A stretch of 64,000 bases of DNA, from assembly GCA_965215335.1 (NCBI GenBank), contig CBDCDA010000001.1:1856001-1920000 (forward strand), given 5' to 3'. Below, piece after piece: positions 1 to 11,828 of this stretch. A program made the position numbers and the translations under genes. The stretch is from an uncultured Candidatus Entotheonella sp. Lineage in GTDB: Bacteria > Tectomicrobia > Entotheonellia > Entotheonellales > Entotheonellaceae. Position 1 is the stretch's first letter. Each line of letters opens with the position of its first letter. Under the pieces are notes generated by a model. That model was given only the letters and a program-made list of their open reading frames with translations, ran no database searches and was not told where the DNA came from.

Positions 1-1668
1 TGCGAGGGTTGCGGCAATTGCGGCGAGGTCAGCAACTGCATGTCGCTGCATCCGGTGGAGACGGAGCTTGGACCCAAGACGCGCATTCACCAGTCATCGT
101 GCAACAAGGATTACGCGTGCCTGGATGGCGATTGTCCGTCTTTCGTGACGGTGGAAGTCGAGCCCGGCACGGGCCCGAGGCCCAGGCAGGCGCCCGTTCT
201 CGAAGCGGAGGACCTGCCGGAACCGGCGCTCAAGGCCGTCGTTGGCAAACGGTATGCGATTTACATTCCCGGTGTCGGCGGGACCGGTGTGGTCACGGTG
301 AACGCCCTGTTGTGCTACGCGGCGCTGATGGAAGGCAAGTCGCTGCTCAATCTGGACCAGACCGGCCTCGCCCAAAAGGGTGGCGCCGTGTTGTCGAACG
401 TCATCCTCAGCGAGGGCGACGCCGTGGCCTCGAACAAGGTGGGTCTGGGCACGGCGGATCTGTATCTGGTGCTGGACGCCCTGGGCGGCGTCGACCCGGT
501 CAATCTCGACCGCGCCCACGCCGGGCGCACGGTCGCCGTCGTCAACACCACGGCGAGCCCGACCGGCGAGATGATCCGCAACAACGCGCTGCTCTTTCCC
601 AGCGAGGCGTCCATCCGGCGCACCATCGATCAGCACAGCGACGCCAGCCGCAACCTGTACGCCGACGCCGGTGCCCTTGCCGAGGGGCTGTTCGGAGACC
701 ATATGACGACGAATCTGTTCGTGCTCGGCATGGCTTATCAGATCGGCGCGGTGCCGCTCAGGGCTGCAAGCATCGAGAGCGCCATCGCGCTGAACGGCGT
801 GGCGGTGCAGCAAAATCAGCAAGCCTTCCGCTACGGCCGCCTTTATGTCTGCGAGCCGCAAGCCGTGAGCGAACTGGCGGTCGAGCAGCCGCGCGACGCC
901 GCCGAGGAGCGGGCGAACATGCTGGATTACTTGCAACGGGAAGGCACGGCGGCTGGCGGCGACGCCTATGAGTGCCTGCTGGAACGCTGTGGGCACCTGG
1001 ACGAAGAAGCACGGCGCCTGCTGGCGCGGCGGGTTGGCGAGCTGATCGACTATCAGGACGTCGCTTACGCGACGTCGTATGTTGACTTCGTTCTGGACGT
1101 GAGCACGCGGGAAGCGGCTGTCTGCGCCGGCAGTGTTGAACTGACCCACGCCGTCATCCGGCACCTCTACAAGCTCATGGCCTACAAGGACGAATACGAG
1201 GTGGCGCGGCTGCACCTCAAGCAGACATGGCGGCACCAACTCGGCACCCTGCTCGCGTCGCCGCGGCGTGCTTACTACCATCTGCATCCGCCGCTGCTGC
1301 GCGCCATGGGCCTCAAGCGCAAGCTGAAACTGGGTCCCTGGTTCGACGGGCCCCTGCGGCAACTGCGGCGGCTCAAGAGCCTGCGCGGCCACTGGTACGA
1401 CCCGTTCGGCTATGCCAGGGTGCGCCGCGAAGAGCGGCGCCTCATCACCTGGTACCGCGACACGATCACCGCCCTCCTGTCCCAACTCGATCCCGGCAAC
1501 CACGCCCTCGCCGTGGTCATCGCCAATGCGCCCGAGGCGATTCGCGGCTACGAAGACATCAAGCTGCAGCGCCTGGCGGAGACCCGGGAACTGGTAGCCC
1601 AGCACCTGAGTCGATTTGTGCCGACGCCGCAAGCCGAGGCGGTCGGCGCGCCGCCGGCGTCATCGTGA
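1..1668 (+). CDS. Indolepyruvate ferredoxin oxidoreductase family protein (fused type), 5'-truncated by the window edge
   Basis: Frame open from base 1: CEGCGNCGEVSNC ferredoxin motif, SSCNKDYACLDGDCPSF, GVGGTGVVT, DQTGLAQKGG, KLMAYKDEYEVARL. Confidence 0.92.
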   Translation, partial: CEGCGNCGEVSNCMSLHPVETELGPKTRIHQSSCNKDYACLDGDCPSFVTVEVEPGTGPRPRQAPVLEAEDLPEPALKAVVGKRYAIYIPGVGGTGVVTVNALLCYAALMEGKSLLNLDQTGLAQKGGAVLSNVILSEGDAVASNKVGLGTADLYLVLDALGGVDPVNLDRAHAGRTVAVVNTTASPTGEMIRNNALLFPSEASIRRTIDQHSDASRNLYADAGALAEGLFGDHMTTNLFVLGMAYQIGAVPLRAASIESAIALNGVAVQQNQQAFRYGRLYVCEPQAVSELAVEQPRDAAEERANMLDYLQREGTAAGGDAYECLLERCGHLDEEARRLLARRVGELIDYQDVAYATSYVDFVLDVSTREAAVCAGSVELTHAVIRHLYKLMAYKDEYEVARLHLKQTWRHQLGTLLASPRRAYYHLHPPLLRAMGLKRKLKLGPWFDGPLRQLRRLKSLRGHWYDPFGYARVRREERRLITWYRDTITALLSQLDPGNHALAVVIANAPEAIRGYEDIKLQRLAETRELVAQHLSRFVPTPQAEAVGAPPASS

Positions 1669-1682
1669 AGGAGTCTGATGGT

Positions 1683-1840
1683 ATGGGCGCGACGCACGCC
1701 ACCGTGACCATTCCCGACCCGGCCGAGCCGCACCGTGCCTGGGAAGGTCTTTTCCTGCTGGAAGCCATCGGTCTCATCGCAATCAGCGGCTGAAAAGGCT
1801 GCCGGCCGTTCGCCTCAAGAGCCATCGAAACAGGTCATGA
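1683..1840 (+). pseudogene. Internally deleted clan AA aspartyl protease remnant
   Basis: N-terminus MGATHATVTIPDPAEPHRAWEGLFL; C-terminal RNQRLKRLPAVRLK lies in another frame; the catalytic DTG core is missing. Confidence 0.65.
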
Positions 1841-1857
1841 GATTAAAGGTCTGATCG

Positions 1858-2406
1858 TCATTCCTGAAACCCCTGCAAGCGGGCGGCCAGGACGCCTGAA
1901 AGCATCCCGAACAGGTGCCCTTCCCAGGAGATGAAGGGACGGCCGGGCAGGACGCCCCAGACGAGGCCGCCGTAGAGGAACAGGGTCAGCAGCGCCGTCA
2001 GGATGGCTGCGGTGCTGCGTTCGTACCAGCCGCGCGCCACCAGGCAGCCGAAGTACCCGAAGATCAGGCCGCTCGCCCCGATGTGGTAAGAAGCCCGTCC
2101 GAAGAGCCACAACGCCGCCCCGCCGCACAGGATGACAAAGACGGAGACAAACACGAACGCCCGCGCGCCGCGCAGGGCGACGAGGCCACCGAGCACCAGG
2201 AAAGGTACGGTGTTGACCATGGCATGGCTCATGCTGCCGTGTACGAAGGGGCTGAGCGGGATACCGATCAGCCCCGAGAGGTGGCGTGGCAGAATCCCCA
2301 GGCTGCCGAGTTGACGGCCCGAAAGAACGTTCACCACTTCCACCGCCCACATGAGGCAGACAGCGCCCAGGATCAGGGAAGCACTGGCCTTGAGTTGGAC
2401 AATCAT
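1858..2406 (-). CDS. Rhomboid family intramembrane serine protease
   Basis: Hydrophobic helices; HGSMSHAMVN, HIGASG and SWEGHLFG motifs. Confidence 0.92.
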   Translation of the reverse strand: MIVQLKASASLILGAVCLMWAVEVVNVLSGRQLGSLGILPRHLSGLIGIPLSPFVHGSMSHAMVNTVPFLVLGGLVALRGARAFVFVSVFVILCGGAALWLFGRASYHIGASGLIFGYFGCLVARGWYERSTAAILTALLTLFLYGGLVWGVLPGRPFISWEGHLFGMLSGVLAARLQGFQE

Positions 2407-2425
2407 AAGACGCGTCGTTATCCGA

Positions 2426-4447
2426 TTACCGAACCCGCTGACCCGGCTGGCGCTGCCGGGCAAACTCCGCCACCACCACGTCCGTACCGTCGGGTCCCGC
2501 CGCCAGCAGCATGCCCTCGCTGACGCCAAACCGCATTTGGCGGGGTTGCAGGTTGGCGACCACGATGACCTGCTTGCCCAGGAGGTCGTCGGGGGCATAC
2601 GACTGCCGAATGCCGGCGAAAATGGTGCGCTGCTCGCTGCCGATGTCCACCCGCAAGCACAACAGCCGGTCCGCGCCTTCCACCGTCTCCGCCTGCAGCA
2701 CGGTCGCCACCCGCAGATCGACCCGGCTGAAGGCGTCGATGTCGATCTCGGGCGCCAGCGCCCCGCCACCCCGGCCCGGCGGCGCCGGGCCGGCGGGACC
2801 GGCATCCAGGCTTTCCCTGCTGGCCTCGACCATGGCGCTCACCTGCCTGACGTCCACCCGTTCGACCAGCCGCTCGAAGGCGCCGATCTCGCGCTCCTCC
2901 AGGTCGAAGCGCGCCGCCTCGTCGAACAACAGCGGCTCGACGCGCAGGACCGCCTCCACGTCCGCCGCGTATCGCGGCAGCACCGGCTTGATCAGCGCCG
3001 CCACCGTGCGGCAGCAGTTCACCGCGAACGTGCATACCGCCTGCGCCGCCTGCCGGTCCCGCTTGACCAGCTCCCACGGCGCCGCGTCCTGGAAGTGCTT
3101 GTTGCCGACCTCCGCGATCGCCACGATCTCCTGCACGGCACGGTTGAACTCCAGGCGCTCATAGGACGCCCGCACCCGCGGCAGGCGCGCCCGGATGCCG
3201 TCGATGAGCGGCTGCGCGGAAGCGCCGAGCCGCCCGAGCCGGCCCTCGAAGTGCCGGTTCACGAACGGCACCACACGGCTGACCAGATTGGCGATCTTGT
3301 TGACCAGTTCGGCATCGACGCGATGCACGAATTCCTCCAGGTTGAGGTCGAGGTCGTCGACGCGGCCGTTGAGCTTGGCGGCGTAGTAGTAACGCAGGTA
3401 TTGCGGGTCCAGGTGGTCGAGGTAGGTGCGCGCCGTGATGAACGTGCCGCGCGTCTTGGACATCTTCTCGCCGTTGACGGTAAGAAACCCGTGCACCAGC
3501 ACCTTGTGCGGCAGCGTGTACCCGGCGCCGTGCAGCATGGCGGGCCAGTACAGGGCGTGGAAATACGTGATGTCCTTGCCGATGACGTGGTAAATCCTCG
3601 CCGCCGGATTGTGCCAATAGGCGTCGAAATCGCGCCCCGTATCGCTGCAGAACTTCTGCGTGGTGGCGATGTAGCCCACCGGCGCGTCGAGCCAGACATA
3701 GAAGTACTTGTTGTCCTCGCCGGGGATCTTGAACCCGAAATAGGGGCCGTCGCGACTCACGTCCCAGTCCCGCAGCCCCTCGTCCAGCCACGTCTCCAGG
3801 AAACGCCGCACCTCTGGCTGCACCCGCCCCGGCGTGCCGACCCACTGGCGCAGGAAGTCCTCGTAGGCGCTGATGGTGAAAAAGTAGTGCACCGATTCCC
3901 GCATCACCGGTGTGGCGCCGCACAGCACGCAGTGCGGATCGCTGAGGTCGGTGGGGCTGTATGTGGTGCCGCACACCTCGCACACGTCGCCGTATTGCTC
4001 CGCCGCCTTGCAGTGGGGGCAGGTGCCGCGAATGAAACGGTCGGGCAGGAAGCGGGCGTCCTGCTCACAGTAGTATTGCGTCACGGGCCGCGTTACAATG
4101 TGGCCCTGCTCGCGCAGGCGCTCGAAGATGGTCTCCGAATGGTACTGGTTTTCCGGGCTGTTGGTGGTGTAGAAGCAGTCGCAGGCGATGGAGAAATCGG
4201 CGAAATCCCGCTGGTGCTCGACATAGTAAGGTGCGATGTATTCCTCCGGCGTCATCCCGGCGCGCCAGGCGTTGACCTCGATCGGCGTGCCGTGCGTGTC
4301 ATCCGCGCACATGTACACGGCGTCCTGCCCCGTCATCTTGAGAAAGCGCACCAGGATGTCCGTCTGGATATATTCGAGCATGTGGCCGAGGTGAATGCTG
4401 CCATTGGCGTACGGCAGCGCACTGGTAACGAGGATGGGAGCAGCCAT
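2426..4447 (-). CDS. metG: Methionyl-tRNA synthetase
   Basis: YANGSIHLGH, KMSKT, Zn knuckles, C-terminal tRNA-binding OB domain. Confidence 0.98.
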   Translation of the reverse strand: MAAPILVTSALPYANGSIHLGHMLEYIQTDILVRFLKMTGQDAVYMCADDTHGTPIEVNAWRAGMTPEEYIAPYYVEHQRDFADFSIACDCFYTTNSPENQYHSETIFERLREQGHIVTRPVTQYYCEQDARFLPDRFIRGTCPHCKAAEQYGDVCEVCGTTYSPTDLSDPHCVLCGATPVMRESVHYFFTISAYEDFLRQWVGTPGRVQPEVRRFLETWLDEGLRDWDVSRDGPYFGFKIPGEDNKYFYVWLDAPVGYIATTQKFCSDTGRDFDAYWHNPAARIYHVIGKDITYFHALYWPAMLHGAGYTLPHKVLVHGFLTVNGEKMSKTRGTFITARTYLDHLDPQYLRYYYAAKLNGRVDDLDLNLEEFVHRVDAELVNKIANLVSRVVPFVNRHFEGRLGRLGASAQPLIDGIRARLPRVRASYERLEFNRAVQEIVAIAEVGNKHFQDAAPWELVKRDRQAAQAVCTFAVNCCRTVAALIKPVLPRYAADVEAVLRVEPLLFDEAARFDLEEREIGAFERLVERVDVRQVSAMVEASRESLDAGPAGPAPPGRGGGALAPEIDIDAFSRVDLRVATVLQAETVEGADRLLCLRVDIGSEQRTIFAGIRQSYAPDDLLGKQVIVVANLQPRQMRFGVSEGMLLAAGPDGTDVVVAEFARQRQPGQRVR

Positions 4448-4593
4448 GGAGAGCCTCTTCGATACACGGGAGATGAGTCAGACGCCGGACGGCCCTCACT
4501 ATAGCCTATTTTGGCCCCCTGCGCATCGGACGGCTTGCCCCGGCGCGGCTTGCGGGGTGCCCCTTTCGCGCCCCTTTGGCGAGGAGCCGCGGC

Positions 4594-6822
<2,229 letters not shown>

Positions 6823-6849
6823 CCCTGCCCTGATTCTGTGAGAGGAAGC

Positions 6850-7806
6850 ATGACGACGCATGCAATACCGCCGTGCAGCGGCTACCCGATCGAGACCGAT
6901 GCCGTGCCCCCGGAACCCGAAATGTTGCGACAGGACGGCGACCCCGCCGCGTGCGGACGCCGCATGCTGACCATCCACGCCCACCCCGACGACGAATCCT
7001 CCAAGGGTGGCGGCAGCGCGGCGCGCTATGCAACGGCTGGCGTCGGCGTGGTGCTCGTCTGCTGCACCGGCGGGGAAGCCGGCAGCGTTCTCAACCCGGC
7101 GCTCGATCGGTCGGAAGTCAAGAAACGCCTGCCCGAGGTGCGCCGCCAGGAGCTGATCGAGGCGACGGCCCACCTCAGCTATCAGCGCGTGTGGATGCTC
7201 GGTTACCGGGATTCCAACATGCCGGCGAGCGGTGAGCCGGGCACCTTTGCGACGGTGCCGCTCGATGAGACGGTGCGGGCCCTGGTGCGCCTTATCCGCC
7301 GCGAGCGGCCCCACGTCGTAGTGACCTATCCCGCCAACCAGCGCGGCTACCGGCACCCGGATCATCTGCGGGTGCACGACGCCTCGCTGCCCGCCTACAA
7401 GGCCGCCCGCGACCCGGCATTTCACCCCGAACTGGGTGCGCCGTGGGCGCCGCAGAAGCTCTACTACATCGTGTGGTCGCGCGCTCGTCTGGTGGCTCGC
7501 CATCAGGCGTTCGTGCAACTTGGCCTGCCGTCGCCGTTCAACCCCGAGCGCTGGAAGCGACGGCGTTCCATGGATCATTTTCTGACCACCAAGGTATTCG
7601 TCGGCGATCATTGGGAACAGACCCGCAACGCCCTGCGCGCCCACGCCACGCAAGTCGATCCCAACTCGCAGCACTGGTTCGGCCTGCCCCCCGAGATGGA
7701 CCGGGCCACCTACCCTTACGACGACTATATCCTGGCCCGCAGCGCGGTGCCGACGCAGCTGCCGGAGGACGACCTCTTTGCCGGCATCACCGGCGACAGG
7801 GCGTAG
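6850..7806 (+). CDS. PIG-L/LmbE family amidase, mycothiol-conjugate amidase (Mca)-like
   Basis: HAHPDDE and HPDH Zn motifs; LGYRDS; AHATQVDP...WFGLP. Confidence 0.82.
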   Translation: MTTHAIPPCSGYPIETDAVPPEPEMLRQDGDPAACGRRMLTIHAHPDDESSKGGGSAARYATAGVGVVLVCCTGGEAGSVLNPALDRSEVKKRLPEVRRQELIEATAHLSYQRVWMLGYRDSNMPASGEPGTFATVPLDETVRALVRLIRRERPHVVVTYPANQRGYRHPDHLRVHDASLPAYKAARDPAFHPELGAPWAPQKLYYIVWSRARLVARHQAFVQLGLPSPFNPERWKRRRSMDHFLTTKVFVGDHWEQTRNALRAHATQVDPNSQHWFGLPPEMDRATYPYDDYILARSAVPTQLPEDDLFAGITGDRA

Positions 7807-7818
7807 GGCGTCGCGGCG

Positions 7819-8139
7819 TCAGCCTGGCGAGTAAGCGGTCAGCCGCATGAAGGTGTTCACGACCTGCGCCACGATGGGGCCGTCAGCTTCCGTCTGCGAG
7901 CGCACCTGCTGCCAGCCCGGCTCGGCCTGGAAGGCGGTCCACTTGGCCTCGCGGTCGGCCATGCCGTCGAACGTCAGGATGTACGTCAGCCGGTTGCTGA
8001 CGCCGATTTCGTCGGTCCAGAAGCCCAGCATGCCGAGGCCGTACTTGCGGAAGAACCCCATGGTGTGGTCGGCGAAGCGCGCGTTCAGAGCCGCCAGGCG
8101 ACCCGGTACGGTGTAGTAGATGCGTGATTCGTAGAGCAT
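7819..8139 (-). CDS. NIPSNAP family protein
   Basis: YESRIY...PGRL...LNARF, NRLTYIL, REAKWTAF, TAYSP. Confidence 0.9.
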   Translation of the reverse strand: MLYESRIYYTVPGRLAALNARFADHTMGFFRKYGLGMLGFWTDEIGVSNRLTYILTFDGMADREAKWTAFQAEPGWQQVRSQTEADGPIVAQVVNTFMRLTAYSPG

Positions 8140-8321
8140 TATTGGCGCCTCATCTCGAAGACATGACGTACGACCGTCAGGCAATTGAGCAGGCTGTCGA
8201 GGGCCATGCGCAGGTTGTCACCCGTCATGGTATTGGGATAACTGAAGGCGCCGCTCTCGGGATTCGCCGTGTCGATGGCTGTAACCCGCAAGGCGCCATT
8301 GGAATTGCCGGTACTGGTCAC
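8139..8321 (-). CDS. 60-aa hypothetical protein or gene fragment
   Basis: Starts 3 nt after the fmt-like stop; its TAA overlaps the NIPSNAP ATG. Confidence 0.35.
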   Translation of the reverse strand: MTSTGNSNGALRVTAIDTANPESGAFSYPNTMTGDNLRMALDSLLNCLTVVRHVFEMRRQ

Positions 8322-8324
8322 GCC

Positions 8325-9248
8325 TCAGCTACCGCCCAAACGGTCGCTGGGGCGCAGTCCGGCGTCCTGAGCAAAGGCGGCGGCGGCCATTTTCTTGCCG
8401 CCGGCGGGCCTGACGCGCTGCACGGCAATGTGGCCGCCTAGTGTTGCAACGGTGAAGCCGTTGTCATCCACGGCGGTAATTTCGCCGGGCTGGGCGTCGG
8501 CGGCGCCGGGATGCTTGCGGGCATCGTAAATCTGCACCTCCTGTCCGGCGCAGGCGCTCCAGGCGCCGGGTTGCGGGTCAGCGCCGCGGATGAGATTCCA
8601 CACGGCATCGAGGGGCTGGCGCCAGTCGATCTCGACCTGCTCCTTGCGGCACCAGCCTTCGTAGGTGGCGTCCGCCTCGTTCTGCGGGATTTTGGGCGCC
8701 GTGCCGTCCCGGACCTGATCCACCGCTTCCAGCATCGCTTCCACCCCCAAGGGGTAAAGCTGGGCGAAATAAAGGCTCCCCAGCGTGTCCGTATCGGCAA
8801 TATCGACGGTTTTTTGCAGTAGGATCGGCCCCGTATCGAGACCGTTGTCCGGCCAGAAAACGGTCAGGCCCGTCTGCTTCTCTCCCCAGATGATCGGCCA
8901 GTTGATGGAGCTCGGTCCACGGTGGCGCGGCAGCAGCGACGGGTGGTACTGAATGGTGCCGAACCGCGGCAGGTTCAGGACCTCCTCCGGGACGAACAGC
9001 GTCACGTAGGCCATCACGCACAGGTCGCTTTCCAGCGCTGCGAAGGTGTCCCGCACTTCCGGCTTGCGGTACGACTTGGGCTGATACACTGGCAAGTTGT
9101 GGGCCTCGGCGGCTTCCTGCAACGGATCGACGCGCCCACCGGGGCCAGCCGGGGCGCAGAACACGCCGACGACGTCCTCGCCGCGGTTCAGCAGGGCTTC
9201 CAGAACGCTCTTGCCGAAGGCTTGTTGACCGTGGACAACGATTCGCAT
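8325..9248 (-). CDS. Formyltransferase family protein (Fmt-like / 10-formyl-THF hydrolase-like)
   Basis: YHPSLLPRHRG.SSINW, GLDTGPILLQ, ADPQPGAW. Confidence 0.88.
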   Translation of the reverse strand: MRIVVHGQQAFGKSVLEALLNRGEDVVGVFCAPAGPGGRVDPLQEAAEAHNLPVYQPKSYRKPEVRDTFAALESDLCVMAYVTLFVPEEVLNLPRFGTIQYHPSLLPRHRGPSSINWPIIWGEKQTGLTVFWPDNGLDTGPILLQKTVDIADTDTLGSLYFAQLYPLGVEAMLEAVDQVRDGTAPKIPQNEADATYEGWCRKEQVEIDWRQPLDAVWNLIRGADPQPGAWSACAGQEVQIYDARKHPGAADAQPGEITAVDDNGFTVATLGGHIAVQRVRPAGGKKMAAAAFAQDAGLRPSDRLGGS

Positions 9249-9292
9249 GTCATTTTCTCCTCAAAGGAGCGATGTTTCGGATATAAAAGATG

Positions 9293-10054
9293 TTATTGAC
9301 CCAATGTAATACCAGTCGGGCAGTGGTCCGATCCGTACACGTCCACCATGATCGAGGCGGATTCGAGGCGGGGCAGGAGGGTGGCGGATACCATGACGTA
9401 ATCAATACGCCAGCCGACGTTGCGTTCGCGTGCGCCGCCCATTTGCCGCCACCAGGTGTATCGGTGCCGCTCGTCGGGGTGCAGGCGACGAAACGTGTCG
9501 ATGAAGCCCGCATTGACGAATTCATCAAAGCCGCTGCGCTCCTCCCGGGTATAGCCGTGATGCCCTTCGTTTTCTTTGGGCCGGGCGAGGTCGATCTCGG
9601 TGTGCGCGACGTTGAAGTCGCCGCTGAACACCACCGGCTTGTGCTGCTCCAAGTCCTTCAAATGGGCGAGGAAGGCACGGTCCCATTCCTGGCGTTCATC
9701 CAGGCGGCTCAGGTCGCGCTTGGCGTTGGGTACGTACACCGAGACGACGTAGAAATCGTCGAACTCCGCGGCGACCAAGCGCCCCTCGCTGTCGAAGGAT
9801 GCCACGCCGATGCCGTAGCTCACGGACACCGGCTCGCGCTTGGAAAAAATCGCTGTGCCAGCGTAGCCCTTCTTTTCGGCGCTGTGCCAGTACTGGCAGG
9901 GGTGGGACGGCAGGTCGAGTTCCACCTGTTGCGGGTGGGCCTTGGTCTCCTGCAGGCAGATGACGTCCGGGTCGTGGGCCGCCACGAACGGCAGGAAGAG
10001 GTCTTTGCGCAGCACCGCGCGGATGCCGTTCACGTTCCACGAAACCAGCTTCAT
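9293..10054 (-). CDS. xth: Exodeoxyribonuclease III (AP endonuclease)
   Basis: SWNVNG, CLQETK, GDFNVAH, WRIDY, GSDHCP. Confidence 0.96.
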   Translation of the reverse strand: MKLVSWNVNGIRAVLRKDLFLPFVAAHDPDVICLQETKAHPQQVELDLPSHPCQYWHSAEKKGYAGTAIFSKREPVSVSYGIGVASFDSEGRLVAAEFDDFYVVSVYVPNAKRDLSRLDERQEWDRAFLAHLKDLEQHKPVVFSGDFNVAHTEIDLARPKENEGHHGYTREERSGFDEFVNAGFIDTFRRLHPDERHRYTWWRQMGGARERNVGWRIDYVMVSATLLPRLESASIMVDVYGSDHCPTGITLGQ

Positions 10055-10258
10055 CGGGAAACTCCAGGAGGGGTTGCCCGGGACCCTGCACGGGAACCGG
10101 TTGGCCTTCGGATCTGGATGAGAAGATTGTAAGGGGTGTCCGCCGGGGTGGTCAAATGGTGCTGACATCGCCGTTTGACGCGCGTACCGCGGCCATGTAT
10201 GCTCGCCTTCCGTGATACCTTCACCCCCACCGTGCCGTGGCTTTACTGCGAACGTAGG

Positions 10259-11569
10259 ATGACACACATGGCGCCTCGGACTGCCCCCGCCGAGCGATGC
10301 TTTTACGGCTGGATCGTCCTGGCCGCCTGCTTTCTCATCACCTTTCTGGCCTCCGGCACCATGATGGCCTTCGGCATCTTCATCAACCCGATGGCCGACG
10401 ACATGGGCTGGTCGCACAGCGCCCTGTCGTTCACCTACGCCATCTCGGCCATCGTCAGCGGCCTCGGCATCCTGGGGGTGGGATCGCTGATGCACGCCCA
10501 CAGCGTGCGCAAGCTGCTTCTGCTCGGCACGCTGATTCACGGCGTCGGCCTGTACGCCACCAGCACCGTGACCACGGTGGAGGGCTTTTACTTCTGGTAC
10601 GGCCTGGTGACCTCGCTGGGCCGCAGCGCGTTCCTGATCTCGACCGCCGCCTTGATTACCCGCTGGTTCGAAAAGCGCCAGGGCTTCGCGATGGGCCTGA
10701 CGATGGCGGGTAACGGCCTGGGACCGTTCATCTTCTCGCCCTTGGTCACCTGGGTAATCCTGCGCTGGGATTGGCAAACGGCATTCGTGATGCTGAGCAT
10801 TACGGTGTCGGCCGCCTCGGTACTGGCCTGCCTGTTCCTCCGCAACTATCCGCACGAGATGGGCTTGGTGCCCTTCGGCGCCGACCCGAGCGCCGCGCCG
10901 TCAACGGCCGCCAGCAAACGGCCCCTCCGCTCGGTGGGTACGGTGTGGCGGGACATCCTGCGCATGGAGGGCTTCTGGACCCTCGCCGTCATCAACTTCT
11001 TCTGCTGCATGTGCCATTCCGTGCCGCTGGTGCACATCGTGGTGTTCGCCCAGCATGCCGGTCTCTCCTCCTTTGCCTCGGCCTGGGTGCTCGCCCTCAT
11101 GTCGCTGTCCGCGGTGGCCGGTCGCGTCGCCTGGGGCGTTTTCGCCGACCGCCATGGCGCACGCCTGACCCTCATTTTCACCCTGTTCATCCAAGGCACC
11201 CTGGTTCTGTGGCTGGTCAACGCCGAGGACCCGGCGATTTTCTTCCTGTACGCGCTGTTCTGGGGTTTTGGCTATGGCGGCGTGAACACGCAATACGGCG
11301 TGGTGGCACGCGAAATCTACGGGCCGCGAGGCTTCGGCCCGGGCTATTCGGGTCAGATGTGTTTTGCGATGGTGGGCATGGCCGTCGGCGGCTTTCTTGG
11401 CGGCTATCTCTACGACATCTCGAACGGCTACGCCGTGTCCTGGATGATCAGCTTCGCCGCCGGGCTGGTGTCGGCGCTGCTCGCCATGGATCTCATGTCG
11501 CAGGGCGAAAAAGCCCAGGCCGCGGCGGTGGCCGAAACACCCGATCCCGTCCGCATGACCCGCCTCTGA
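10259..11569 (+). CDS. MFS transporter (OFA/MCT-like)
   Basis: About 12 hydrophobic segments; YGW, WFEKRQG, DRHG motifs. Confidence 0.92.
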   Translation: MTHMAPRTAPAERCFYGWIVLAACFLITFLASGTMMAFGIFINPMADDMGWSHSALSFTYAISAIVSGLGILGVGSLMHAHSVRKLLLLGTLIHGVGLYATSTVTTVEGFYFWYGLVTSLGRSAFLISTAALITRWFEKRQGFAMGLTMAGNGLGPFIFSPLVTWVILRWDWQTAFVMLSITVSAASVLACLFLRNYPHEMGLVPFGADPSAAPSTAASKRPLRSVGTVWRDILRMEGFWTLAVINFFCCMCHSVPLVHIVVFAQHAGLSSFASAWVLALMSLSAVAGRVAWGVFADRHGARLTLIFTLFIQGTLVLWLVNAEDPAIFFLYALFWGFGYGGVNTQYGVVAREIYGPRGFGPGYSGQMCFAMVGMAVGGFLGGYLYDISNGYAVSWMISFAAGLVSALLAMDLMSQGEKAQAAAVAETPDPVRMTRL

Positions 11570-11828
11570 AGTGCGTCAAACGTAACGACACGCCACAACG
11601 ACACGCCACGCGGCGACTTCAAGGCGCTCTCATGGCAAGGTGAATCTGCTGCTGGCTTTCAATACGCCGCTGGCGCTCGCCCCGCTTTGGCGGGCTTTCT
11701 CCGCGGGGACAAACTGACGCCCCGCCCAGGGGCTTTTTTCGCCCTGATGCCGCAGCGTCGAGACGTCGGCCTTGGATGCAGATGCCGGCAATCCCGAACC
11801 ATTGGTTCTGGTCCATACCCCCGACTTC

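Noticed and set aside
2351..4504. 717-aa plus-strand ORF
   Set aside because: Antisense shadow of metG, typical of high-GC DNA
11584..11816. 13-bp direct repeat and 65-aa ORF between the MFS and oxidoreductase genes
   Set aside because: Two copies only; the ORF has no recognisable features and overlaps a probable terminator
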